From Eledone cirrhosa (lineage: Eukaryota): a stretch of DNA of 64,000 bases. The translations under genes and the position numbers were made by a program. The stretch is taken from NCBI GenBank assembly GCA_964016885.1, contig OZ024741.1:301630001-301694000 (forward strand), written 5' to 3'. Within the stretch, counting starts at the first letter, position 1. The number at the start of each line of letters is the position of its first letter. The notes beneath the pieces are model-generated. The model ran no database searches, was not told the origin of the DNA, and saw only the letters and a program-made list of their open reading frames with translations. Below are positions 11,620 to 24,657 of this stretch, one piece after another.

Positions 11620-13895
11620 CATACACATATACACACACTCACACACACATATACACACACACATACATTAATAACAATAATAATAATAATAATAATAACA
11701 ACAATAATAATAACGACAACAACAATAATAATATACATATACATATACATATACATATATATATACACACACACGCACACACATAAGCATATCTAGACAT
11801 ACACACACACGATAGCAACTAACAGCGCTGCGATCGAATGTGGCTTTTTAGCCCAGCCAATGATCTAAAATGTCTTGCACAGAGTCGGCAACCAAAACAT
11901 TCACTGGGAATAGTCGGCTGTGGTTGGAGTTCGTGTACTTTTGCATGTCGCTTGAGCCCTCCTGCTGATATACATTCTCTACCACATGTTTGGCAAGCAT
12001 GATGAGTAGCATCTCCAACAGCAGCCTGGTAGTCAACCACTAGTCTTACTTTATGACTGCGAAGATGACTTTCAGGTCCAGCTTTGCTTAGGCAGAGTCT
12101 CGCACATACGCTGCATGTCAGCACCATAGGAGGACCCTCGCCGTCTGGAAGTGCAACAGCAATGCCCTTCCTCACATCCCGCTTTACTTTCTCGTATGCG
12201 ATTCGAGATGCCTCAAAGGCAACTTTTCCCTCATATACAGTCTTTCTCCATTTATTACGATCAGCAGCAATATTCTCCCGTGTATCAGCAGAGATGTTAG
12301 CGTCTTTCAGAGAGGCTTTCAAGGAATCCTTATACCTCTTTTTTGGTTTATGTGGCGGTCGTTTTCCTTTAACCAACTCTCCATAAAAGAGTTGTTTTGG
12401 TATTCTAGAACCTTCATCCTGGCAAGGTGACCACTCCAACGGAGTCGTTGCTTAAGCACAAGAGCTTCTATACTGTCACACAGAGCTTTCCAAAATCTCG
12501 ACATCACTGATGTGGTCCCTCCAGTGAACGCCATGGATCCGCCTGAGACACGTCTGATGGAAACGCTCCAATTGCTTAAGGTGGTGTCGATATGTGACCC
12601 AGGTCTCGCAGGCATAAAGAAGACAAGAGAGCACACATGCTCTGTACACCTTTACCTTTGTCCTCCTGCATGTCTCGCCGACCCCAGAGTCGCCTGTCTA
12701 GCTTTCCGAAAGCATCACTTGCTTTCCTAATCCTAAGTGAGATTTCACTGTCAAGGTTGCTGTATCGATTGACAGTGCTTCCCAGGTAGACAAACTCATC
12801 AACCACTCCAAGTCGTTTGCCATACACATAGATGTTTGGTTCAGTGTACTGCTTACCAGGGGCAGGTTGGTACATGACGACGGTTTTCTTGAGACTGACA
12901 GTCAGACCTAGGGCAGTGCAAGCGTCAGAAAATGCATTCAAAATGTGCTGCATATCACTCTCTGTGTGCGCTACAAGATCGCAATCATCTGCATACAACA
13001 GGTCTCTTATGATTGATGTAAATACTTTTGTCTTCGCAGCAAAGCACCTGATGTTAAATATGCTGCCTGAGGTTCGATATCGGATGTAAACACCATGCTC
13101 ACAATTCCTGAAAGCAATACAGAAAACCATTGCAAAGTATATGGCAAACAGGGTCGGTGCTGGAATATCCCCCTGTTTCACTCCATTTTTTACTGAGATA
13201 GGCTCCGACATGTTACCCCCGACATTAACCCAAGCCTTCATGTCGTCATGGAAAGACCTAACTAAAGCAAGGAACTTATCAGGGCAACCAAGTTTCTGGA
13301 GAACCTTCCATAATGCATCTCTGTTAACAGTATCGAAAGCTTTTGTCAGATCGACAAAAACCTGATACAGATCCAAGCCTTGTTCCATGCACTTCTCCTG
13401 GAGCTGTCTAGCTGAGAAGATCATATCAGTAGTGCCGCGTCCAGCACGAAAACCAGATTGACTTTCAGGAAGAACACAATCTGCAATGTGTGTCAGCAGA
13501 CGGTCCAGAAGCACCCTACATAAAACTTTCCCTACGACAGAAAGCAATGATATACCTCTGTAGTTCCCACAATCGTTCCTGTTACCCTTTCCCTTGTACA
13601 AGACCACCATTACTGCATCTCTCCAGTCCTCAGGTACGGATTCATTAGCCCATATCCTGCCAAACAAAGAGTGAAGATGTTGCAGGAGTCTCTCACCACC
13701 ATATTGTAGGAGCTCAGCATGTATGCCATCCATACCTGGAGATCTTCCACTGTTCAGCTTCGAAATAGCCACTGCAACCTCCACAAGCGTCGGAGGTTCT
13801 GCGAGAGCTACTTTCACAGGACTTTCTGGAATGAGATTGAGGAAATCTTCATTGACGACAGACGGCTGATTCAAAAGATCATCAAAGTGGCTCTA
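11430..13895 (-). mobile_element. RTE-clade LINE, 5'-truncated; 3' UTR split by a microsatellite block; (TATG)n tail
   Basis: RT ORF 12576-13874; C-terminal ORF 11819-12439; tail TCGTGCAATGGCCATACTCGATAACGAGGGGGCAGCCATC(ATGT)n at about 11440-11483. Confidence 0.9.
11819..13874 (-). pseudogene. RTE reverse transcriptase with three C-terminal C2H2-type fingers, frameshifted
   Basis: NYRGISLLS, ESQSGFR, FVDLTKAFDTV, GVKQG, LLYADD, FVYLGS; then CSVCARL..SHLRSH, CQTCGRE..RHAKVH, CRLCARH..SHIRSQ. Confidence 0.92.
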
Positions 13896-14066
13896 TTACA
13901 ATGGCATGATGACGAGCGGGCCCAGGCTGTGATAACCTGGGGCCCCTGCCCTTATTGCCAATGATCTTTTTTGTTCCAGAACCTAATTTGCCAATTATCT
14001 CTTTTATATTGTTCTGGAACATCATTGAATTGAAAAAAAATAAAAAAATAAAAAAAAGTAATAATA

Positions 14067-14120
<54 letters not shown>

Positions 14121-14146
14121 GTACACTATTAATAATTATTAATGCA

Positions 14147-14425
14147 CTCGTGCAATGCCTGTGCGTGACGAATATTTTTAAAGTGAGGAAAGACTGTGCA
14201 CTGAGCCAATCCCACTCTCTGAGCGACAGTAGCTATAACCCGAAAAGAAGAAAAGATCAACATCATCGGTAACTACTGAGCCGCAGGTTTTATGTCGGAG
14301 TTAACCCAGTTTCCTGAGATGCCTTCTCCTAGAAGAATGCCCTGACAAGGGCTAGGGGTTCTTCACTCCCAGTGGTTTAACTGCGCGATCGGGCATCCAG
14401 CCCGATTATTTCTATGTCCCCGCGC
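14147..14425 (-). mobile_element. RTE 5'UTR-like non-autonomous repeat (family B)
   Basis: Near-identical to 19633-19912; related to 41020-41190. Confidence 0.75.
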
Positions 14426-14722
14426 AAAAAAAAAAAATCACTTATTGACACTTATACGTACGACATACACACACGCGCATACATATGCGCGCACACAGCA
14501 ACACTCATACATACAAACAAACACACACACGCTACTCTACTCACTTACACACACACACACACATATATATATATATTACCGTCATTACTGATACAAGATT
14601 ACAAGATTATGTCAACTGTTGACTTTCAAGAGTTTGTATAGTTGAAGCCGATCGTACTACAGTCCAGTATTATTATAATTGCTTTACAGCATAGAGTCAC
14701 GGCCCTCCACGCTCTGAGCTCA

Positions 14723-14800
14723 ATACATACATACATACATACATACATACATACATACATACATACATACATACATACATACATACATACATACATACAT
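14723..14800. repeat. (CATA)n microsatellite, 5' flank of the R4-like LINE
   Basis: Direct inspection. Confidence 0.98.
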
Positions 14801-14922
14801 CGACCGTTGTCGTCAGTGTCCGATAATCGGACGTGTGTAATTACGGCTTACATGAAGCAACATACCATATATTGGAAAAAGTAGCGCTACATTACGCGGT
14901 AAGATTACATACAATAATTCTA

Positions 14923-15250
14923 CATAAGTGTTTGAACTGTAAGTGTGTTGTAAAACACCTATTTATATGAACGATATATGAACTTGTGATATATGAACGA
15001 TACATACACTTTAACATATAAATGCAACGTTGTTATATTACATTTATAAAGAATTATACAAGTAACGTTTTCGATTCAGAAACAAAAACATAAGTGTTTG
15101 AACTGTGAATATGTTGTGAATAAGTTGTAGAACACCTATTTATATGAATGATACATAAACTTTAACATATAAATACAGCGTTGTTATATTATATTATATT
15201 CATAAAGGAATATACTAAGTAACGGTTCTTTTTGTTCTCGATTCAAACGA
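14923..15250 (+). repeat. Diverged tandem duplication of about 165 bp in the LINE 5' UTR
   Basis: CATAAGTGTTTGAACTGT...AACACCTATTTATATGAA...TTTAACATATAAAT...AAGTAACG occurs twice. Confidence 0.8.
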
Positions 15251-15425
15251 TTCAAGAACAACGTTTAAAACACAGTTGTAGAATTAAAAACTAACTGAAA
15301 AGAAATATTACCCAAGCCGTGAATAACTTTAAATTTGATTCTGACAGAACTTTGTCGAAACTTTTAAAGAAGATCATCGAGTATTTTGAAAAATAAATAA
15401 GAAATATTAGTGAATAGACGAACTC

Positions 15426-18400
15426 ATGGCAAAACGTACAAGTCTCCTTCGACCAAATCGCAAGTACAACCGTTGTATACAGTGGAGCTACGAGCTTAAC
15501 AAAGAATTATATGAAGCATACAAACAATCTGAACCCCAAAAGTTCGGTTTTATGCAAAGGCTAAAAACTTTATGGAACTCCAAACACCCAGAATTAGACT
15601 TTTCTCCAAAGCATTTAAATGAACAGGCAAAACATATCATTAGATGTAAATTGATACATCTAACCGAATTGAGTGATACTGCAAATACAGCCCTTGTAGA
15701 CAACCACCCCACCTTCACTGACAGACAAAGAGAATGGCCAGCTAAATCTAACAGTGAACAGCTCACCAACAATTTTGCTGAAATCCATCCCACTTCCACT
15801 GAAGAACAGCGAGAAAGGTCAGCTAACTCTAGTAGTAATTGTCACCACATCAACAACGAGGCTGAAATTCATGACTCTACTGTACAAACAGAACACCAAA
15901 AACTTGTGGACACCTTACAAGTGATATGGGACGATATGTTTCAAGAGATACACAGCCTTAATGTGAGTGACAAACCATACAACACCAGAATCAGTAAAGA
16001 ATCCACTAAATTGCAATTGGAAGCGTTGAACGAAATAGCTGGCAATTATCTGAAGGCTATACGATCTAAAGATGTAGAAACGACATTTGAAACGCTTAAT
16101 ATTTTGTTATATTTTCAGCTGTCACATTGCTATCATATAACACACATCTAAAACCACGCAATCAAGATACAAACAAAAAGCCTGAACCAACGTGGATGCG
16201 AAATTTAAAAAGCAAAATTTTGTCCCTAAGACGAAGTATCTCACATATCGCAGTCGTTATGAAATACAACATAGAGAGCAACTTCACACGACACCAGGAA
16301 GACCTAAAAAAAAATTTAGAGAGACGATTTGGAGATACAAAATTTAAAACTTTGAACTCCAAATTACACCAGTTGAAACAACAACTCACAGCTACAACAG
16401 AAAGACTAAAATATAAGTCATCAGCACATAAACGACAAGTACTAAATAGATTGTTTGTCAGAGATCCTAAATCAGTTTATCGCTGCTTCGGTGGCAAAAG
16501 CTCAATCCCTGTAAATGACACCCCTTCAAAAGAACAGGTTGAGAGCTACTGGAGATCTGTATGGGAAACGGATGACGGATTCAACAGACAAACTAATTGA
16601 CTAGAAGAACTGGAACAGGACTACTGCAAACATGTCCAGACAAAATAATATGACATAGATGGGTCAATACTGGAAACAGCTCTACAGAAAATGTCGAATA
16701 GGAAATCACCAGGCCCAGACCTCATTACAGGATACTGGTTGAAGAATTTCACTTTCTATCAGCAAGATCTCATATGGCTGTTTACAGAAACCATTAAAGG
16801 CACACAAGAACTGCCCAGATGGTTATCAACTGCCACTACTCTCCTCATTCCCCAAAATAGCCAAACCATCCTTGCTAAAAATTACCGCCCAATAGCCTGC
16901 CAAAACATCATGTATAAATTATATACTGGGTGCCTTAACCTGTTCTTACAGGATCACTGTGCTACCAACAACATCATAACACCTGAGCAAGCTGGTGGGA
17001 AAAGGGAGGTGTGGGGTTGCATAGATCACCTACTAACTAATAAAATGATTCAGGAAAAAACAACAAAGAATCGCAGAAACATGACTGTGGTGTGGCAGGA
17101 CTATCAAAAAGCATTTGATAGTGTACCTCATGGGTGGATTATTAAGGCTTTACAGTTAGCCAAAGTCCCACAACCATTGGTAGCTGCTGTTGAATGCCTC
17201 ACCAAGAACTGGTACACCAATTTGATCCTTAGAGGTGAGAAGGAGCAAGTTAAGACTGATAAGATACATTACCAGAAGGGCATCTTTCAGGGTGATAGCT
17301 TGTCAGTGCTACTCTTCGTTCTCTCACTAAATCCACTATCTTACCTACTCAGGAAACAAGGTGGACAAAGAAGTGGGTCCAGAAGTATCTCCTATCTTTT
17401 CTTTGTTGATGACCTGAAGTTGTATGGGCCAAATATCAACGACATCAAGAAACAATTGGACCTCATTACACAATTTTCAACAGACATCAAAATGAAATTT
17501 GGTGAGTCCAAGTGTGCATATTTGGCAGTAAAACGTGGAAGAGCTGTGCCCTCCTCTAGAAATCTAGAGATGAACGGCCTGACAATACAACCTCTACAGT
17601 CAGGTGACAACTACAGATATCTTGGACAGGATGAGAATGTCAGATATGATGGACCCATAAATAAGGAGAGAACCAGAACTGAATACCTCAGAAGAGTAAA
17701 GAAAATATGGTCATCAGAACTGTTAGCGTACAACAAATACATTGCCCACAATACTTATGCTGTGCCAATTCTAACACCAACATTTGGCCTGCTGAACTGG
17801 TCATTGCAAGAACTAAGTGAGATGGATGTTAGAACTCGAAAACTTCTCAGTGTTACTGGGAACTTTAACATCAATGGTGATGTGGATAGGCTATACTTCT
17901 CACGCAAGGAAGGTGGCCGGGGTCTAAAATCCATATTAACAACATATGAGACCCGGATAGTAAAACTGAAGCAATATCTTCAACAGAGGAAAAAGGTTGG
18001 CAACCATCTTGCCCAGGTTTATGAGCATGAAATAAAAAATCATTAGAATAGCGACTGATCTGGAGGAGAGATATGGAATAAAGCCTGATATAAATCTCTC
18101 ACCCAGAGAAATCGGAAGATCCTATTCAATGTTCAAACAAGATGAAAAAATTGACCAGTTTACAGAAAAAGTTGTGCATGGATACTTGGGACGTAAAACA
18201 CAGACCATACAGGGGATAAACCACTCAAAAAGCCTGGTATGGAGTTCCGACAAGTTTATGACATCACACATTGAGGGATATCTCTATGCAATACAGGAAC
18301 AAGAACTCTGCTGCACAAAAGGGGAGGGCCAGCAGCTGACAATAAATGTAGGCTATGTAAAACAAAGATCGAGGATGTAAGCCACATTGTTGCCAGCTGC

Positions 18401-18915
18401 GAAAGAATGTCATCTCGCTACTACCTCCCCATGAGACACGATGGGATAGCTAGAACCATCTGGAACGCACTTCGGAAACAAAATTAACAACAAAGGAAGA
18501 AGAATATATTGAGACAGATGGCATTAAGGAATACTGGTGGAACCTGAAAATAAAAACTGACATCAAATTAAAGCACAACCGGCCTGATATTGTTGTTTGG
18601 GACCACACATTGAAAACGTGTTCTGTTGTGATCAGCTGCCCACTTGATGTAAACGTTGTCAGAAAAATACAGGAGAAGGAGGACATCTACGGACCATTGA
18701 TGAGGAGTTTACAAATCCAGTATCCAAGATACACCTTTAGCTTCATACCCATCCTTATTGGAGCTACGGGTTATATACCAACCCGCTTGGACCAAAGTAT
18801 AACTGAACTTGGATTTGCGGACTAAAAGCTCAGCTCCCTAATTCATAGTCTACAAATGGCTGCGATAGCTGGCACCTTCAAAATTTGAAAAACATTCTTG
18901 CGATTCAAGGGATGA
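15426..18915 (+). pseudogene. Single ORF of the R4-like LINE broken by frameshifts and stops
   Basis: ORF pieces 15426-16151, 16127-16600, 16691-18046 (NYRPIAC, DYQKAFDSV, GIFQGDSLS, FFVDD, YRYLG), 18129-18380, 18610-18825. Confidence 0.9.
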
Positions 18916-18995
18916 CAATTTCTTTTCTTTTACAACCTTGCCACCAGGAAGGTGGCCGGTCAAAAAAATATACTCGAAATTAAGAGAAAGAGATA

Positions 18996-19310
18996 ACATA
19001 CATACATACATGATAGCTGCAAATCGATTTCGAATAATGCCATCGCTTGATACTTAAACATGAGCATCACAGACGTGGCTTTTTAGTCATATCAAGCGAT
19101 GCCTGTGCTTAAAGCCTTTGCACGGGGCCAATCCCACTCTGTGGATATCGAATGCATTTACATAAAAATAAGAACAGGTCTACAGCATTGTATGCAAACG
19201 AAATCGTAGGTTTTATATCAGAGTGACCTTCTCCTAGATAGATGTCTTAATGTCGCTCTACAAAAGAAATCTGTATTGGATGGCCGTTGATTCTGCTGTG
19301 TTCTTCCACC
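18996..19310 (-). mobile_element. RTE-derived internally deleted element (family A), 3' part with (TATG)n tail
   Basis: Reverse complement of about 41010-41320; a matching 5' part lies at 19970-20155. Confidence 0.75.
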
Positions 19311-19317
19311 TATGTTC

Positions 19318-19912
19318 ATACATACATACATACATACATACATACATACATACATGATGGCTGCCCCCTCGTTATCGAGTATGACCATTGCACGATATAC
19401 CATTATTAATAATTATTATTTAATTCTATCGTTGGGCGGTGGATTGGCAGTATCGGTAAGGGTCGGACGCCATGCTTTGAAGCATAGAGTTACCTCCCTT
19501 TATGATCTGAGTTCAAATCCCGCCGAGGTTAACTTTGCCTTTCATCCTTACGGGGTCGATAAAATAAAGTACCAGTAATGCACTGGAATAATTGCTGGCC
19601 TTGTGCCAAAAGTAGAAACAATTATTTAATTCTATCGTGCAATGCCTGTGCGTGAAGATATTTTTTAAAGTGAGGAAAAACTGTGCACTGAGCCAATCCC
19701 ACTCTCCGAGCGACAGTAGCTATAACCCGAAAAGAAGAAAAGATCAACATCATCGGTAACTACTGAGCCGCAGGTTTTATATCGGAGTTATCCCAGTTTC
19801 CTGAGTTGCCTTCTCCTAGAAGAATGCCCTGACAAAGGCTAGGGGTCCTTCACTCCCAGTGGTTTAACCGCGCGATCGGGTGTCCAGCCTGACTATTTCT
19901 ATGTGCCCGCGC
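19318..19912 (-). mobile_element. RTE-derived internally deleted element (family B), interrupted by a SINE
   Basis: 5' part 19633-19912 matches 14147-14425; RTE-type tail 19345-19395 is nearly identical to 11440-11483; (TATG)n. Confidence 0.75.
19433..19620 (+). mobile_element. Full-length SINE family 1 with an 18-bp target-site duplication
   Basis: TSD ATTATTTAATTCTATCGT at 19415-19432 and 19621-19638; head GGCGGTGGATTGGCAG...GAGTTCAAATCCCGCC. Confidence 0.93.
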
Positions 19913-19969
19913 ATATACACACATACATATACATACATATGTACACGTGTATATACATATTTACACACT

Positions 19970-20155
19970 TTTGGATGGCCGTTGACTCTTATGAATTCTT
20001 CCGCCCTTTGTCAGGTTTTGTTTTTTATCCTGCAGGGTGTCCAAAATCACCCTCCTCACCAAGTAAACTTGGTGGGGTTGCCGGTTAAGTCGCCGACGAC
20101 CCGACCATGCGACAGATTGTACTGGGTTACATGTTACCAGTAGCACTCAAGAGTG
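19970..20155 (-). mobile_element. RTE 5'UTR-like repeat (family A 5' part)
   Basis: Reverse complement of about 40808-40950. Confidence 0.7.
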
Positions 20156-20184
20156 ACCCGACATACATGCATACATACATACAT

Positions 20185-22980
20185 AAAAACGCCGATACCT
20201 GAAGAAGGTAGATGAAAAAAAGTGCTTAATAAAAGATTCAGCCGAAACCAAACATCAGTCTATAGAGTATAAAGGGCAAAATTATAAGTGTCACTGAGGC
20301 CCCATCCCAGAAATACGTAGATTCCTTTTGGAGAAAAATATGGGGTGAAAAGAAGAATTTCAACCAAGATGCAATGTGGCTAAAAGAAATCCAAAAGAAC
20401 TATTGATCCTACACTACAACAAAAACATACGAAATAAGTGACGGTACCCATGAGACTGTGATAGGAAAACTCCAAGATAAGAAAACACCAGGAAGAGACA
20501 TGATTGTCGGCTACTGGTACAAAAAACTGATATTCTATCGGAGATATCTTACCGACCTCTACCAACAAGTTCTTAAGGGAGATACACTTATACCAGAATG
20601 GTTGACATTAGCACAAACATTACTGGTCCCCAAGAACAAAGACACCCACCTGGCAAAAGACTACCGACCCATTGCATGCCAGAACCTGATTTATAAGATG
20701 TATACAGCCTACCTGAACCTATTCATCCAAGATCACTTTGAAAATAATAACATCATCGCAGATGAACAAGCAGCTGGAAAGAAAAGGGTTTGGGGATGTG
20801 CTGAACAACTCCTAATCAACAAAACTGCGATGTCGGAGGTGCGACAACTTAGGAGGAATATGGCTACAGTCTGGCTGGATTACAGGAAAGCTTTCGATTC
20901 TGTTCCCCACTCTTTGATGATAGAGGCCCTCCGACTTGCTAAAGTCCCAGACATTATTATCAGAGCCATAGAGAAGCTGTCTTCTTCTTAGTCTACTATC
21001 CTAAAGTTAAAGACAGAGAGGGAGGACTCTATTTTCACTGATAAAATAAAATATCGCAGGGGTATATTTCAGGGATATTTTCTCTGTGATATTATTCATC
21101 CTGTCATTAAACCCCTTGTCCTTTCTGCTCAAGAAATATGAAGGATACATCATTGGCTCACAGGAGGACAGAAATACGAACCTAACCCATAATTTCTTTG
21201 TGGACGACCTGAAACTCTATGCCAAGAACATAGATGGGATGAAGAAAAATCTTGACCTGGTTACAACGTTCTCAAAGGATATAGGAATGGAGTTTGGCCA
21301 AGATAAATGCTCATACATGACTGTAAAGCGGGAAAAAACAACAACCCAATCTAGCAACACTTGTATCAATGGCCTAACTGTTTCACCAATATCTGATGAG
21401 GACTGCTACAGATACCTGGAGATAGATGAGAACATATCCTATAATGGTGTCTGTAATAAGGAACGCGTAACCAGGGAATGCTACACCCAATTTAGAAAGA
21501 TATGGTCACGGAACTTTCTGCGCAAAACAAAACAGTGGCTCACAATGTGTTTGCTGTGCCTGTCCTAACACCAACTTTTGGAATACTCAACTGGACGATA
21601 GACGAAATCCGAGCAATTGATGTTAGAACTCGAAAAATAAGAAACAACACCGGAAACTTCCACATCAACAGTGACATGGACCGCCTTTACTTTAAACGTA
21701 AGCAGGGAGGCAGAGGCCTAACATCAGTCCAGACAGCATTTGAAAGTCGCATCATATCCCCCCGACAACATCTACGAACCTCAAAGCGTAGGAGCCCGTC
21801 TCTCGAGCAAGTCTATCTGCATAAAACAGATAAGATCATGAGAGTTGGGAAGGAACTCCTCGAGAGGTATTCCCTATGTGATAATCAAAAGCTCACACCC
21901 AGAGAAGTCTTTCAGCAGTATCGCAGTGAATCCATGGATGAAAAACTGCATGCTTATCAGCAAAAAATCATGCATGGATATATTGCCAGGAAGCCCCAGA
22001 GTAAGAGTAATATAGATAAGGAAAGTAGTCTATCTTGGACCAGCAACCGCTATATTGCCTCCCACTTTGAAGGATACGCTTTTGCAATCCAAGAACAGGA
22101 AATCAACACGAAATAGGGATGCAGGCAAAACACCTAGATGTGATAACAAGTGCAGACTCTGCAGAATTAACACCGAAGATGTCACCCATGTCATAAGCAG
22201 CGGCCCAAAGGTATCATCGCGGTAATATCTACCAATGAGGCATGATGTAGTGGCCAAAGCACTGTACGATGCAATCCGTAGAAAAGATAACCCCGATAAT
22301 AAACACATTAATAGCTACAGCAATGTGGAAGACATCCATATACATAATATGAAAGGGTACTGGTGGAATGTTCCAGTAAAAACCCAATAAAATGCAGGCA
22401 TAACAGACCAGGTATTATGATATGGGACAGGGAAAAGAAGGCATGCACAGTAGTGGAAGTTAGATGCCCAGCAGATGCCAATATAATATCAAAGATTAGC
22501 GAAAAGGAGAATATTTATACAGAACTAATGAGAAATCTGCAGATACTCCACCCTGATTATACCTTCAGATGTATGCCTATGATTATTGTGTCACTGGGAT
22601 ATGTTAGCAACTGCCTCAATACAAAACTTGAGAAGCTGGGCTTCACAGAACCACAAAGAACACGACTAGTTAGGAAATTACAAGTACAATCCATTAATGG
22701 AACAGTAAAAGTATGTAAAACATTCCAAAATGTCTGCATCTAATAACTGCATATACACATTTACAGATACAAATCACATGCACATGCACACATACAACTC
22801 AAAACATCCACATCCACACATACAATAACATCCATACCTGCACATACATGCATGCATGCAGACATGCAGACATATCTACCTAGCTTATGCTCTGTAAATT
22901 CCAATGAGAGAGTCTTGTATCTATGTTAGAAACTGACTCTCTCTATTGGCAAAATGTTGTGAAATTATAAAACCAGAACA
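20185..22980 (+). mobile_element. Second R4/Dong-like LINE, 5'-truncated, diverged subfamily
   Basis: DYRPIAC, DYRKAFDSV, FFVDD, CRLC..H, HNRPGIMIWD..VEVRCP; CATA repeats on both flanks. Confidence 0.9.
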
Positions 22981-24589
22981 TATATACATACATACGTTAT
23001 TTATGTATTTTAGACACTGCATTTTGCCAATGATGGCCACTTACTGCCTATGTTCAGACACATATCTTCACTATGTTTTTGCTGTTTATTTCTGGATCAG
23101 CGATAATAAACAAACGAGTGAAAATAAACATATTTCAGTTGGGAAAAGTCTTTCTGATTAGACATAGAGTTTCTTGATGACACACTTTAATGTGTAGGCT
23201 ACGATTTGAGACTGAAGAGTTGGTTACAACTTCTATTCAACATTTTTTCATTGGTGTACTAATAGATTTTGAAATGCAGAACAAAAAGGAAACTAAATTT
23301 ATGTAAATGTATGTCTGAAAGTGTGTATTTTTGTAAGTGTGTTGGTGTTTGCGCGTCTATATTTATACACTCATACATACAAATGTATGTATATTCGCAT
23401 AAACATATACGCGCACACATGCACACATGCACACACTATACACACGCACCCACATTCACACACGCACACACATACGCGTCAACGTGTTGAGAAAAATGGA
23501 TAAATGGAAATCAGAATAAAAATGGTAATTGTTTAGCTTTTAAGGCAAACACGCCCGTCACTATTTATGGTTGACATTGATTTTACATCTAAATTCAAAC
23601 TAGATGAAATACGATTTGAGAAAACTTAAATGAAGAGTAATATAATTTCCACATACGAATTGAGACAGAGACAACTATTTCCAGGAATAGTTAAGGAAAT
23701 ATTATATGATAATATTGATTAATTTTCTCAGTTACTAAAGTTAAATGTTGCAAGGGAATAACCTGAAATGATTTAAAATTAAATTTAAGTGAAAAGAAAT
23801 TTACATAATGATGTGATAAAAAAGCGAACCATGTATTTGCAAGTTTCATTGAAAGCGAACTAAATATAGTGATAAATTAAGTCTAAAAACTGTTCAAGTT
23901 TATTACTCCTTGTTATAATGGTGTCAAATGCAATGATGCTATAAACATTTGAGCTGCCGTTTCTTTTGCCTCATTAGACCATTTCCAGTAACATATGGCA
24001 AAAGATTAAAAACCAAATTACAGATTTTTACATATTTTATTTCGTCCGCTAATTTTGTTTATCAAATTTTGTCTGAAATCATAAGGTGTCATTACTTTAG
24101 AAAAGTACCCCAGTTAGCTCTGTTACTGACATTGAAATTATAGACTAATTTTAAATGATATCACTTGCCATAGACTTATGAAGCAATGATATTTTCACCA
24201 TCGTGATATTGCAGATGCTTATTACGATACGTAAACTTGGAGAATTCTGTATAACAAGAGGAAACGATAGTGCTGACATTTTGAGCAGAGCGTCTCTTCT
24301 AGGGAGAAACATTTAAAGGTTTAAGATTTTCTATCAGAAGCGAAACTACGCAAAACATCAATAAACATGACTCTTGATAATTAATGAAACTAATGCAAAA
24401 TTAACAAATGTGTCTTTTTCTTAACAATGACAACAATTAGATTTTCAGAAATGTAGTATGTATTTAATGCTTATTGCTATTAGTTTTCTATTAGAAAGGA
24501 ACATAATTAAACGGGGTTTTAATCACATGCAGATGAAACAGAATCGATAAATGTAGGTTTCAATCAAATCAGAGTTAGACAGAGAGATA

Positions 24590-24657
24590 AATGATAGATA
24601 CATAGATAGATAGATGGATAGATAGATAGATAAAAAGATAGATAGATAGATAGATAT
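24590..24657. repeat. (GATA)n microsatellite at the Tx1 3' junction
   Basis: Direct inspection. Confidence 0.95.

Larger units (their letters stand above)
14801..18995 (+). mobile_element. Near full-length R4/Dong-clade LINE (RT, CCHC knuckle, restriction-like endonuclease), degenerate
   Basis: N-terminal WSYELNKELYEAY..GFMQRLKTLW; RT 16691-18046; CRLC...HIVASC; HNRPDIVVWD...ISCP; flanked on both sides by (CATA)n. Confidence 0.9.

Noticed and set aside
19433-19530. tRNA gene
   Set aside because: Only the pol III boxes of a SINE head; no cloverleaf
14147-19912. 280-bp direct repeats as LTRs around the R4-like element
   Set aside because: No TG..CA ends, PBS or integrase; they are independent RTE-related repeats and the interior is a non-LTR element
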